DNA of 64,000 nucleotides from an uncultured Bacilli bacterium (GCA_949425575.1 CASPVX010000001.1:10789-74788); one strand, 5' to 3'. Positions 30,269-40,086 are shown, numbered from the stretch's first letter. Notes: a model not told the origin generated them from the sequence alone. A program made the numbers and translations.

Positions 30269-30277
30269 TTTAAGTTA

Positions 30278-31012
30278 TTAAAGTTTATTTGAACGTTTAT
30301 GCTTAACAAAGATGAATAATGCGATAAGTCCTAAAACTAATACAATACTAATAATTATAATTACAATCTTAAGAATAGTTTTTCCAATTACATTATCATA
30401 ATTAGAAACTGTTTCTTCTTTACTAAATTGAAATTCAATTGGTTTATTCTCATAATTATCTTTTGTTATATACCATTTATAAACATTATCTTTTACTTCA
30501 TCAGCATTACTTTTAATTACCTTATGATTTGTTTTGATATTAACAGTAACAGTATCTAAAATAGGCACTTCCTTAAAATATTTAAATACTTCGCCTGTAG
30601 AAATAATTATATTTCCATCAATTGTTCCTATTAAAAATCTATTATATGAATCATTAACAATTTTAGAATTTTCGTATTCATCTTTAGTAAATGAATGCTT
30701 GAATTTAATGCCTGTTATATCTTCTGTTGTTAAATCCTCTTTTTCATAATATGTAACATAATCACTTTTAGTATTGTCTTCCGAAAATGCACCTTCCTCT
30801 ACAGAAGTTGGTGTTGGTTTATCTAAATTATAATCATTATAGTCTTCGATAGACATATCATAAGCAATTAGGTTTGTACTACTATCTTCTGATGCAGTTA
30901 CACTTAATTCTTCTTTGTATTCATCATTTACTATTTCTAGATTATATTCGGCATTACATCCGCATAAAACAAAAGGTAACATCATTACAAATAAATATTT
31001 AAATTTCTTCAT
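30278..31012 (-). CDS. lipoprotein with additional C-terminal TM anchor, unknown function
   Basis: The N-terminal lipobox VLCGCN and a C-terminal transmembrane segment ILKIVIIIISIVLVLGLIALFIF are followed by a basic tail. Confidence 0.45.
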   Translation of the reverse strand: MKKFKYLFVMMLPFVLCGCNAEYNLEIVNDEYKEELSVTASEDSSTNLIAYDMSIEDYNDYNLDKPTPTSVEEGAFSEDNTKSDYVTYYEKEDLTTEDITGIKFKHSFTKDEYENSKIVNDSYNRFLIGTIDGNIIISTGEVFKYFKEVPILDTVTVNIKTNHKVIKSNADEVKDNVYKWYITKDNYENKPIEFQFSKEETVSNYDNVIGKTILKIVIIIISIVLVLGLIALFIFVKHKRSNKL

Positions 31013-31020
31013 TTTTCCAC

Positions 31021-33690
31021 CTACCTTTTATTTTTAGGGTTATTATAATAATTTTCCATATCAAACAAGTAATAATCTCCAATACTAGAATATTTTCTCT
31101 TTTTAATTAACATACCTTCAGAAGTTTGTGCTGCTTCTGCTACATAATAACCATCATCATATGTCCCTATTATCATTACGGTATGATGACTATTAACTAA
31201 GAAATCTCCTGGCTGACCACCTTTGATTGCTCCCATTTTACCATGAGGCAGATTAGAAATATATGTTCCTGTAGTTCCTGTAGCAAATTTAAATCCAGCA
31301 TGGTAAATAGCCCAACCAATAAATCCACTACAGTCTAGCCCAAACGGATCTTTTACTGGTTCTTTTGTTAAATGTTCATTTGAGTGTCCTCCACCCCATG
31401 TATATTTAAGACGAACGCCTGTATCCATACTATAATCGCCAATTAAGGCAATTGAGGCAGCTACTACAGCAGCTCTTGTTCCATAACCTGCACTATTTAT
31501 TGCTTGTTTTATATGTTCATTAAACTGAGATATTGATTTAAAATTTTTACCTTTACTTTTTAATGTACAATCAACCATAGATTTTCCGCCACTAATACAA
31601 GTAATCGGCATTGAGGCATTTTGGGTTGCCTTATAATATTCTTCTAAATCATATTCACCAATTTCTCCACGGCAATCAGAGGTTACTTCATATCCATATG
31701 AATCTTTTACTATATCTTGATATTTTTTACCTGCTTTTGCTTGAGATTCCCAAGAGTTTTGTTCTTTAGAGGCAAAATTAGTATATTGTACGAATCCGTT
31801 TTTAGTAGCAACTTGTCCCTTTGTTGATGCAACTTCAGTTCTAATCGATGCGTCTTCTGGAATTGGCTGTCTTGTTAATTTACCATTATAACCACCAGCA
31901 TAAACAGTTGCAGCTCCACTAGTAGTTCCTTGCATACTTCCTGTCATAGATCCACAACCTAAATCAGGATGGCAGAACACCTGATCAGAGGTACTTGTTC
32001 TAATTCTAAGTACCCACTGACCGCCTTCAATACCTATTTGGCCAATACGTCCTCCCATGTGTTGTCCTCTGGTTAAAGCAAAACTTCTAGCTACCACTGC
32101 TTGTGTTTTCCATGTTTCAGCTGATGATCCACCAACTTCTGGATTTACAACACCTAATATATAAGTTTCAAAATCAACTAACCCTTCTCCAGGAATATCT
32201 TCATATTTATCTTTCCCTGGAGGATTACCTGATTCACTTAGTATTGTTCTAACTTGGATATCAGAAATTTCTTCATCTATACCAGATACTTTGTAATAAC
32301 ATACTGCACCTTGTGTATTTTTTGAATTTGTAGACCCTTCTTTTTCCTCAGCCTCACGATAATACTCAGCAAGTTTTATAATATCATCCGCAATTTCATT
32401 TTTACGTTTTTCTTTTATATCATCATCTTGAATTTTATATACATCTGGAATCATGCCTTCAATAAAGCCATATTCACATATACGATATACATTATTTCTG
32501 TCTCGCCAATAAAAGCCCATTGAGCCTACAGTTGAACTAAAAATAACATCTGAAATTGGTTTTGGGGTAAAATATTCAAACGGAATTCTACCTTGGTTAA
32601 TAGCATTATCAAATGCATCTTTTGACATACCAGCATTATCACTAAATCTTTGGAAAAAGCTTGTTACAGAATGACCTATTGTATTTCCTGTACAATATAA
32701 AGGTCTAAAAATATCGTTTTTATAGTTTGCTGTTAGCCATTTCTTATAGTTTTCATCACTGTAAGTATCACCACTATTAGCCATTCCATCAGCTACATAT
32801 TGTAATAAAGATATATTTACAGAAGAATACTGCCCAAAATCATTACCAGCTTCTCCATTTGTATATTGCCAAAAGTTCTCAATAAATCCACTTGATAATT
32901 GTCCAAGCCAATCATCTTGATCATAATTTTCTTGATATTCTACCTCTATAATATCTGATAATTCTGAAGTATATGTAACTGTCGCAATTAAAGCTGCCCT
33001 ATCTATTTTAGAACCATATTTTGATTCTAAAGCTTCTATCTTATCATGCCACTGCTTTTCTTTTATAGACCTAAGTTCTTCTGTGGTACATCCTTGACAA
33101 GCGGCTAATGTTGAATTTGCTGCCTTTTCGGTATCAAAGTATTCTGAAAACCAACTGGCAATCGCATATGGGATTAAAGCTACTATACAAAAAACCAAAA
33201 CAGGAATTGCAAAAGTTGATAAACAACCAACAGTTGCACAACCACCACAACCTGCAATTAAACAGCCTCTTTTCTTTACTTTCTTTTCTTCTTGCTCTTG
33301 CTGTTCTTCCTCTTCTTCTCTTACTGGGTTTATGCCTTTTAATTCTTCCTCTTCATATACTTCTTGTTGTTTTTCTTCAATCTTATTACTTGCATAATTC
33401 TTTACATACTTTTTTAAATTACTTTTTGCCCCATCAGGTATTTTATTATACACACTTTTTGCTCTGGAAGCGATATTTTTACCACCTTGTGCAGCTCTTC
33501 CCGCAGTTGCTCTAGCAGCGCCTGTTCCTGCACGTGCAGCAGTACCTGCGGCTACTCCACTAGTCCCAGCAGCAGCCCCTCCGGTGGCTGCAGTTCCTCC
33601 TACAGCGGCTGTTCCAGCTGCAGCGGTTCCTCCAGCAGCAGCTCCTCCTGCGGCACTTGTAGCGGCAGCAGCGGCAATTGGTGCTGGCAT
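31021..33690 (-). CDS. membrane-anchored cell-wall hydrolase: SpoIID/LytB-like domain + C-terminal NlpC/P60 (CHAP-like) domain, with Ala/Gly-rich N-terminal tail
   Basis: The first 75 residues are A/G/T low complexity, followed by a Cys-rich TM helix (GCLIAGCGGCATVGCLSTFAIPVLVFCIVAL). The central region has SpoIID-like TWKTQAVVARSFAL. The C-terminal region has the catalytic-Cys context GLDCSGFIGWAIYHAG and a downstream His (HHTVMIIG). Confidence 0.65.
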   Translation of the reverse strand: MPAPIAAAAATSAAGGAAAGGTAAAGTAAVGGTAATGGAAAGTSGVAAGTAARAGTGAARATAGRAAQGGKNIASRAKSVYNKIPDGAKSNLKKYVKNYASNKIEEKQQEVYEEEELKGINPVREEEEEQQEQEEKKVKKRGCLIAGCGGCATVGCLSTFAIPVLVFCIVALIPYAIASWFSEYFDTEKAANSTLAACQGCTTEELRSIKEKQWHDKIEALESKYGSKIDRAALIATVTYTSELSDIIEVEYQENYDQDDWLGQLSSGFIENFWQYTNGEAGNDFGQYSSVNISLLQYVADGMANSGDTYSDENYKKWLTANYKNDIFRPLYCTGNTIGHSVTSFFQRFSDNAGMSKDAFDNAINQGRIPFEYFTPKPISDVIFSSTVGSMGFYWRDRNNVYRICEYGFIEGMIPDVYKIQDDDIKEKRKNEIADDIIKLAEYYREAEEKEGSTNSKNTQGAVCYYKVSGIDEEISDIQVRTILSESGNPPGKDKYEDIPGEGLVDFETYILGVVNPEVGGSSAETWKTQAVVARSFALTRGQHMGGRIGQIGIEGGQWVLRIRTSTSDQVFCHPDLGCGSMTGSMQGTTSGAATVYAGGYNGKLTRQPIPEDASIRTEVASTKGQVATKNGFVQYTNFASKEQNSWESQAKAGKKYQDIVKDSYGYEVTSDCRGEIGEYDLEEYYKATQNASMPITCISGGKSMVDCTLKSKGKNFKSISQFNEHIKQAINSAGYGTRAAVVAASIALIGDYSMDTGVRLKYTWGGGHSNEHLTKEPVKDPFGLDCSGFIGWAIYHAGFKFATGTTGTYISNLPHGKMGAIKGGQPGDFLVNSHHTVMIIGTYDDGYYVAEAAQTSEGMLIKKRKYSSIGDYYLFDMENYYNNPKNKR

Positions 33691-33721
33691 AATATCACCT
33701 CCTAATACATTTAACTAAAAC

Positions 33722-34024
33722 TTATTTTTTATATTTTTCATTTTCCTGAAGTTCCCTGCATCCTACTTTCATAAATTCAATAAATTCATCCCATGACATT
33801 TTGTTTTTATATTCTTTTTCAAAATACATTCTAACATCACAAAAATCTGGACGACTCTCATAAATCGAACAAAGGTGTGTTTGTTCATTAAGATACTTAC
33901 ACACCCCATCTCCACGATCTAAATATTTTGCAGGTTCATACATTTCTAAATGACGACAACAAATTGTACATTTATCACAAGGAAATTTACGTTCTTCCAT
34001 TTTATAAACCTCCGCCATCTCCAA
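33722..34024 (-). CDS. YkgJ family CxxCxxCC zinc/iron-binding protein
   Basis: 100 aa with a PCDKCTICC cluster plus additional Cys/His residues. It overlaps the virB4-like stop by 23 nt. Confidence 0.5.
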   Translation of the reverse strand: MEMAEVYKMEERKFPCDKCTICCRHLEMYEPAKYLDRGDGVCKYLNEQTHLCSIYESRPDFCDVRMYFEKEYKNKMSWDEFIEFMKVGCRELQENEKYKK

Positions 34025-35786
34025 ATGACTCTAATTCTTGATCTGTTACTCTAACAGTTATTTGCATACGTTTGCTTCCACAAACAAATAATGCTTCTCC
34101 TTGGTTATAACCTTTTATACCATCTATTTCTTGTTCATTTAAGTCAATTAATTTACTTAAATCCTCTGCAGCTTGCTTACGTAGTTGCATTACTAAATAA
34201 TAAGAGGCATTATCAAAAATTGCTTTACCTTGAGTGATTACCTGTGGATCACTAAAGTCAGTTGGTTGTTGTGTGATAATAATTGTTCCTGTGTTATACT
34301 TTCTTGCACGTCTTTGAACTTGAGCTAAGAAATCAGCACCATAAGTATTACCACCTGTTAATAATACGTGTGCTTCATCAACCATAAGTACTGTATTTAC
34401 ATTAGGGTTTAATGTTAAACTCCATGCATATTTCAAGATATTAAAGAATAGTGCATTTCTTATATTTGAATCAGCATTTAATAACTCTTTGATGTTAAAT
34501 ACAATAAAATCACTCTCAGGTTTTATTGTTGTTTTAGCGTCAAAGTAATATCTTAATTCTCCAACAAGAGGTCTTAATTTTATTTCTAATTGTTCTAAAA
34601 TATCTCTTTCCCTTGTCTTTTCTGGCATAGCTGTTATTTTACCTTTCACCGTAGCATAAACATCCTTAAATGTAGGATAATTCTCTGATTTTAATTTTGT
34701 AAAATCTACACCAAAATCAATACCAAAACGTTTATATGTTTCTTGAAGTGCTTCACTAAATACATTTAAAACATCTTCTGGCATTGATGGATCATAATAT
34801 TTCATAAACGCTTTAATTGTCTGAATTGTTCTTGTTAAAACAGCATGACTTTGTCCAGTTCTAATTTCTTCTTCATCAGCATCCATTATTACTTCTAATG
34901 GGTTGATCATTCCAAATGCTCCACCTTTACCAAGTGAAATATAATCTCCACCATAACGTTTTGTCATACCTTCTAATTCACCTTCAGGATCAATTACAAC
35001 TATTTGATAATCATTTCTGATATGTGATCTAATCATTAACTTAGCAGCAGTTGATTTACCACTTCCTGAAGTACCTAAAATAATCATATTGGCATTATTT
35101 CTATTATGTTCTTTCTTTTGTTGATATAAAAATTGATTAAATAATACTACTCCTCCAGAGAAATCAACACCTAGTAAAGTTGATAATCCTGGATCTTTAA
35201 TTGTATCAAAGATAAATGGATACATAGCAGCGATTGTAGGCGATGGAATTGGAGTACCAATTCTTTCTTCTACATCTTGCCTTGGGAAGATTGGAAGCAT
35301 AGATTTAAGAACTTTTTCTTGTTCAAACATTAAAGGAATAGCTCTCATTTCCATTGCTTCTAAATAACTTTTAACTTGAACTTTTAACATAGTAAGCTCA
35401 TCATCTGAATTAGCTGTAAGCATTATATGCATTTGAAAATCATAAACCTTTGATTGACTTGCTGCCAAATCTTGAATGAAATACTCTAACGATTCATAAT
35501 CTTGTCTAATTCTTTCTTGAACAGTTAAATCATGTTCTTCTTGATATCTTGATTTTAAATCAACAATTTCCTTATTGATCATTCTTTGAACAATACTAAA
35601 TGCCATTGGAATATGTTTAATAACAATTTTTACTCCTGACATACTAGTTATATTTGATAAATATCCTGGATAAATAAATTTAGGATACCCTATTACAGTT
35701 AAAATAGTAGAATGTTTATCACTAACTATAAGTTCAGTTGGTTTAAACTCTAGCCCCTTAGGAGCTATTTCATTTTTTATATTCAT
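34002..35786 (-). CDS. conjugal transfer ATPase, VirB4/TrsE/PrgJ family
   Basis: 594 aa with Walker A ILGTSGSGKSTAAK and the hallmark IDPEGELEG. Walker B is LMVDEAHVLL, and the C-terminal IIITQQP motif is present. Confidence 0.8.
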   Translation of the reverse strand: MNIKNEIAPKGLEFKPTELIVSDKHSTILTVIGYPKFIYPGYLSNITSMSGVKIVIKHIPMAFSIVQRMINKEIVDLKSRYQEEHDLTVQERIRQDYESLEYFIQDLAASQSKVYDFQMHIMLTANSDDELTMLKVQVKSYLEAMEMRAIPLMFEQEKVLKSMLPIFPRQDVEERIGTPIPSPTIAAMYPFIFDTIKDPGLSTLLGVDFSGGVVLFNQFLYQQKKEHNRNNANMIILGTSGSGKSTAAKLMIRSHIRNDYQIVVIDPEGELEGMTKRYGGDYISLGKGGAFGMINPLEVIMDADEEEIRTGQSHAVLTRTIQTIKAFMKYYDPSMPEDVLNVFSEALQETYKRFGIDFGVDFTKLKSENYPTFKDVYATVKGKITAMPEKTRERDILEQLEIKLRPLVGELRYYFDAKTTIKPESDFIVFNIKELLNADSNIRNALFFNILKYAWSLTLNPNVNTVLMVDEAHVLLTGGNTYGADFLAQVQRRARKYNTGTIIITQQPTDFSDPQVITQGKAIFDNASYYLVMQLRKQAAEDLSKLIDLNEQEIDGIKGYNQGEALFVCGSKRMQITVRVTDQELESFGDGGGL

Positions 35787-36331
35787 TAACTCATCACCGT
35801 CCCAAACTTAGTAGTTGCACCACCATTAAGAAAATTATCTAAAACAATTCTTAAATCATCATTAGATACTGGGGCTGTTTGAAGTCCAGCATTTAAAAAT
35901 GCACCCATTAAATCTCTTATTTTCTTTTGAGCTTTATCTATATCTTTCTCTTTAAATAATAGATAGAACTCAGTATCTACTATATTATCATTAACAAATT
36001 CATTAGCCTTGTTCATATCTTCTATAATCATTTTTCTTCTTACAGGGTTATTAGTTTGGTTGTATAAAAGTTGTAATTGTGAAACATAAACATTTATATC
36101 AACTGGTCTATCAGCCACAATAAGCCAAAATTCATAATTAATAATGTTATAAACATTTCTTAAATTTGAAATAATTAATTCTTGAGTTGCAGTATCAAGA
36201 ATAAAAATATTTCTAGGGTATATTTTTATTCCTGTCACCTTCTCATTATTATCTAAAATGATAGTTCCATTAGTAATAGCTTTTACTGGAACAAAATCAC
36301 TTGTATATTTACTATTTGTCGCCGAACTCAT
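35786..36331 (-). CDS. hypothetical cytoplasmic protein in T4SS block
   Basis: 181 aa with no transmembrane segment. It overlaps VirB4 start and stop by 1 nt, indicating translational coupling. Confidence 0.4.
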   Translation of the reverse strand: MSSATNSKYTSDFVPVKAITNGTIILDNNEKVTGIKIYPRNIFILDTATQELIISNLRNVYNIINYEFWLIVADRPVDINVYVSQLQLLYNQTNNPVRRKMIIEDMNKANEFVNDNIVDTEFYLLFKEKDIDKAQKKIRDLMGAFLNAGLQTAPVSNDDLRIVLDNFLNGGATTKFGTVMS

Positions 36332-36629
36332 CTTTTACACACCAACCTTTCCATATATAGCACCTTCTTCTTGTATAAAATAAATAAATTTCTTTTATTA
36401 AAGTATGTGCATTATGATAATTTGGAAGCGGAAGCACCAGAAATGCGCCTATTACGCCTGGTGCTAAATCTATTATTGCTCCCCCTATAGAGTTGGGACT
36501 TATTATAAGTAGCATAAGCATTGATAAACAAATCCCACCTGCAAATAACCCTAAATCAAAAGGTGTGAACAGACTAAGTATTAAAGTCGATTTTTTTGAG
36601 TTCGCTGGTATCAAAAATTGATTTTTCAT
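36312..36629 (-). CDS. small membrane protein, VirB3/PrgI-like candidate
   Basis: 105 aa with two hydrophobic segments (LFAGGICLSMLMLLIISP, GVIGAFLVLPLP) and a basic C-terminus. Size and topology match Gram-positive PrgI/TcpE-type proteins. Confidence 0.4.
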   Translation of the reverse strand: MKNQFLIPANSKKSTLILSLFTPFDLGLFAGGICLSMLMLLIISPNSIGGAIIDLAPGVIGAFLVLPLPNYHNAHTLIKEIYLFYTRRRCYIWKGWCVKDEFGDK

Positions 36630-36651
36630 ATACTCGCCCCTTTCTAATAAA

Positions 36652-37173
36652 CTAATATTGTCTATTAATTTCTTTTATTTCATTTGACGCTTTAAATGCG
36701 GTTAAATTATTTTCTTGAATAATCGAATCTAGATATTCAAATACGCTTTCAGTATCATTAATATTACCGATTGTTTCAACAAAAGGAATTCCCATTCTTT
36801 CTATTGAAACAATAAGCTCAATGGCTATCAAATCATGTGGAGAAGCATTTTTTAATTTTTCTTCTCCATAAGCCATAATTTGTAATAAACTCAATACTGT
36901 CTCTCCAATCATTTCTCTTAATACTTTTTGGAGATTATCTTCCAATTCAATAGAAATAGTTGGATCATAACTAATACCTTTTGAAATGGATACTTGCCTT
37001 CGTATTTTATCTAATTCTATATTGCTTTGTGCTAAAAGATAAGCGTTGGTCTCTTTTGCAACCTTTTCTCTATTTTCAATTAGTCTTTTAACCAAATTTA
37101 CTAGTTTTTCTGCATCATATTGGACATATGATAATTCAGTATCTTTTCCCAACAATTTTGAAAATAATTTCAT
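36652..37173 (-). CDS. hypothetical cytoplasmic helical protein in T4SS block
   Basis: 173 aa with no motifs. Confidence 0.4.
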   Translation of the reverse strand: MKLFSKLLGKDTELSYVQYDAEKLVNLVKRLIENREKVAKETNAYLLAQSNIELDKIRRQVSISKGISYDPTISIELEDNLQKVLREMIGETVLSLLQIMAYGEEKLKNASPHDLIAIELIVSIERMGIPFVETIGNINDTESVFEYLDSIIQENNLTAFKASNEIKEINRQY

Positions 37174-37183
37174 AATCTATCCT

Positions 37184-40063
37184 CTAATGAATTCCCGAAA
37201 TATCACCAGAATTAAATGTTTCATCCACAACACCCATTCCTCTAGTGCCTGTTTCGATTTCTTCAATTTCTCTTGATAATCTAACAATTTCTGCATCTGC
37301 GGCATCTTGAGCATCTTTAAATAATGTTCTAACTTCTTGATAAAATTTTTCATTTTTATTACCATTAGCATCTACAACACTAACTGCTTTTAATTTTTCC
37401 AAGAATTCTTTATCTTCAGATCTTGCTCTTGCTAAATTTTTCAAATGTTCAAGCATATTTTTAACTTCATTGTCTATTTCAAATAAACTCTCATAGTCAT
37501 CTTTTGCTAAATTTGCAAAATCTTTATCCATAAAGTATTGAGATAAATCTCTTTCTTGAACTAAACGAGATCTCAATCCATTCTCATTAGCATCTAATGC
37601 CTTTTTCATTTCATCTATATCGCCATCATAATTATCATTTAAAATTTCATATAACGCTAACCATCTATTAGCAACTTTACCTGTTCTTACTTTTTTGTAA
37701 TCTTCAAAATCTTTTTGTAAATCTAAAACCTCTTGTTGCTTTTGTCTAATTACAGTTTCAACTCCTCTAGACATTTGATCTAAAGATTGTTGATCAGATT
37801 TAATTGTTGAGGCTGTTGCAGCTATTGATGCTGTTGCTGTTGCTATTGCCGCATCAATATTTGTACTTTGTTCAGAATTAGAATTTATTTTTGCAGTAAT
37901 TTCACCTATTTCAGCTTCCAATTGTGCTTTTTGCGTTTCTAATGCATGGACATCAACACCACTTAATTGAGAATCAATATCTTGCAATTTAGTTTGAAAT
38001 TCCTGTTGTCCCATTTGTAATGTTCCACTAAGCATTTCACTAGTTAATTGTTGCCTCTGAGCTTCTAAACTTTTAATTGTACTTAATCTACTTGTAATTG
38101 ATGATAAATTATTGCCAATTTGATGTCTTTGAGATAATAAATTAGAATTTTCTTGTTGTATACCTTGCTTCTGTTCTATTAATGATCTTTGTGATTCACT
38201 TTGTTGTACATGCTCTGATTGAGCTTGTTTAATCTTTGTTTCTAAGGCTTCCATTTCTTTTGTTTTACCTGTTTTAACAATATTTTCTAGTTCACCTTGT
38301 GCCTGTTCATAACCTTTTTGTCTCATTTTTAAATTATTATCTTTTTTAGATGCATTATCAAGTGCTGTATCAACAACTTTCCCTGAAGCCTTCGCTACTT
38401 TTTCCTCAGTTTCTTTTGCCTCTTTTAATGGAAATTGTTTACCTAATACTTTATCCATCATATGAGCACCAGCACGTGAAGCTTTGTTGTAACCTTCTTC
38501 TGCTGCTTTAGTCTGACTATCTAGAATAGCTTCTGTAATAGGTTGTTTAGTTTCCTGAAGATCTTTTGCTGTTTTTTTAGCGCTTCGACCAATATTTCCT
38601 ACATTAGCAACCGCTTTTTGCGCTAAATTGCTATATGCATTAAACTTTGCCTTTCTCTTTTGTGAAGCACTTAATTTTGTATTTCCTTTTATGCCTGCAG
38701 CAAATTTATTTCTTTTTCTATTTAAATCTTTTAATTGTGGTAAAGCTCTCGCAGCTCCGAATCCTGCTCCTATAGCTCCACCTACACTACCCATCAATGA
38801 TTTTGACTCTTTTAATTGTCTAATTGGGTTTTTAAACATTCCACCATCTAGTTTAAATCCAAAAATATTTTCAATCATCTTAGGAGCTTGATCTGCAAAT
38901 AGAAATGCTGCTAAAAATATAACACACTGTAATTGTCCACTCATTAAAGCATCTGAGACAAAATTATCATGGAATAAATTCTCACCACTATAATTTTTAA
39001 GTCCTCCAGCTGTAACATCTGTTACCATAATTATAACTAAAATTACAAAATATAATGCTGCAAGTCTTATGAAAATCATTAAATATGTTTTTCCTAATTC
39101 TTTTGCCCAATTACCTAACATTTTGTCACTTCCTGGTGAAATATACCCAATTATCGGAATTGGCGCAATTAAAGCTAAAAATGCCAGTTTAATAACACGA
39201 ACACCCAATTGAAGTGCCAATGATAAAAAACAAAATATAAAAGCTATAGCTAACACAAGTAAAATGATTATATTATAATCTATATATGGAATTATATTGA
39301 TATCAAAAAACGCATAAAAGTTTGTAGGTTGGATTAACGAATCAAATGTTGTTGTTCCATCACCAGCTCGTAAAAAATCCACCACTTTACCCATAAGTTC
39401 TTGATCTAACAATGTATTAAACTCATCGATACATTTTTCTGCATCTGCTTTAACCTGTTTATCTGATGACTTACGCATCATCTCCAATTCTGCTATTGTA
39501 TAAGCTTTTTCTGCACTTCCGCTATTGTACCAACACGATTTCGCTTCTCCAGAAATTTTATAAGCATCATCAACTGTCGTCAATGATTTCAATATGGTAG
39601 AAGGAATCATATCACCAAAATTCCTTTGTTTATTTTCAATATCGCCTGATTCTGCAGCACCTAAAATAATAGTACCTAGAACATTTTCTTCTAACACTAC
39701 TTTTTGAAAATTCATAGCTAATTTAAGCGCAGGTTGAAATAATACAAGAATTAATAAAGCAATTACAGCCTTTTTAACTAAATTACCTACTCCCGTATTT
39801 TTATCTGTCATTTTATCAGGATTTACAATGTATTGTAACATTGAAAACCCAACTCTAAATAACATAAAAACACCAAGTAATATATATATACGAGTTGATA
39901 AAGTACCAAACCAGCCATATTCAGATGCAGAACTAAGTGTACCACCAAATAAATCTAAATTTGCAATAGCCATAATCATATTATAAGAATATGAAACTAA
40001 GGCAAACAATGGTCTTAATATAAAGCCAACTAAAAAATCGACTGCATCAGAAATAATACCCAT
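37184..40063 (-). CDS. VirB6/TrbL-like polytopic membrane protein with ~500-aa C-terminal coiled-coil/Gln-rich extension
   Basis: 959 aa. The first 420 residues contain about 6-7 transmembrane helices. The C-terminal half has heptad-rich, Q/E/K-rich sequence (QQENSNLLSQRHQ..., repeated LxxE patterns). The architecture resembles Gram-positive TcpH/Orf15-type channel proteins. Confidence 0.45.
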   Translation of the reverse strand: MGIISDAVDFLVGFILRPLFALVSYSYNMIMAIANLDLFGGTLSSASEYGWFGTLSTRIYILLGVFMLFRVGFSMLQYIVNPDKMTDKNTGVGNLVKKAVIALLILVLFQPALKLAMNFQKVVLEENVLGTIILGAAESGDIENKQRNFGDMIPSTILKSLTTVDDAYKISGEAKSCWYNSGSAEKAYTIAELEMMRKSSDKQVKADAEKCIDEFNTLLDQELMGKVVDFLRAGDGTTTFDSLIQPTNFYAFFDINIIPYIDYNIIILLVLAIAFIFCFLSLALQLGVRVIKLAFLALIAPIPIIGYISPGSDKMLGNWAKELGKTYLMIFIRLAALYFVILVIIMVTDVTAGGLKNYSGENLFHDNFVSDALMSGQLQCVIFLAAFLFADQAPKMIENIFGFKLDGGMFKNPIRQLKESKSLMGSVGGAIGAGFGAARALPQLKDLNRKRNKFAAGIKGNTKLSASQKRKAKFNAYSNLAQKAVANVGNIGRSAKKTAKDLQETKQPITEAILDSQTKAAEEGYNKASRAGAHMMDKVLGKQFPLKEAKETEEKVAKASGKVVDTALDNASKKDNNLKMRQKGYEQAQGELENIVKTGKTKEMEALETKIKQAQSEHVQQSESQRSLIEQKQGIQQENSNLLSQRHQIGNNLSSITSRLSTIKSLEAQRQQLTSEMLSGTLQMGQQEFQTKLQDIDSQLSGVDVHALETQKAQLEAEIGEITAKINSNSEQSTNIDAAIATATASIAATASTIKSDQQSLDQMSRGVETVIRQKQQEVLDLQKDFEDYKKVRTGKVANRWLALYEILNDNYDGDIDEMKKALDANENGLRSRLVQERDLSQYFMDKDFANLAKDDYESLFEIDNEVKNMLEHLKNLARARSEDKEFLEKLKAVSVVDANGNKNEKFYQEVRTLFKDAQDAADAEIVRLSREIEEIETGTRGMGVVDETFNSGDISGIH

Positions 40064-40086
40064 AATTTATCCTCCTTCCTATAAAA

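Noticed and set aside
33108-33705. Two plus-strand ORFs (135 aa Leu-rich; 72 aa Ser/Cys-rich)
   Set aside because: They are antisense to the hydrolase gene, and the GC-rich Ala/Gly codons read as Ser/Cys/Leu on the opposite strand. No RBS is present.
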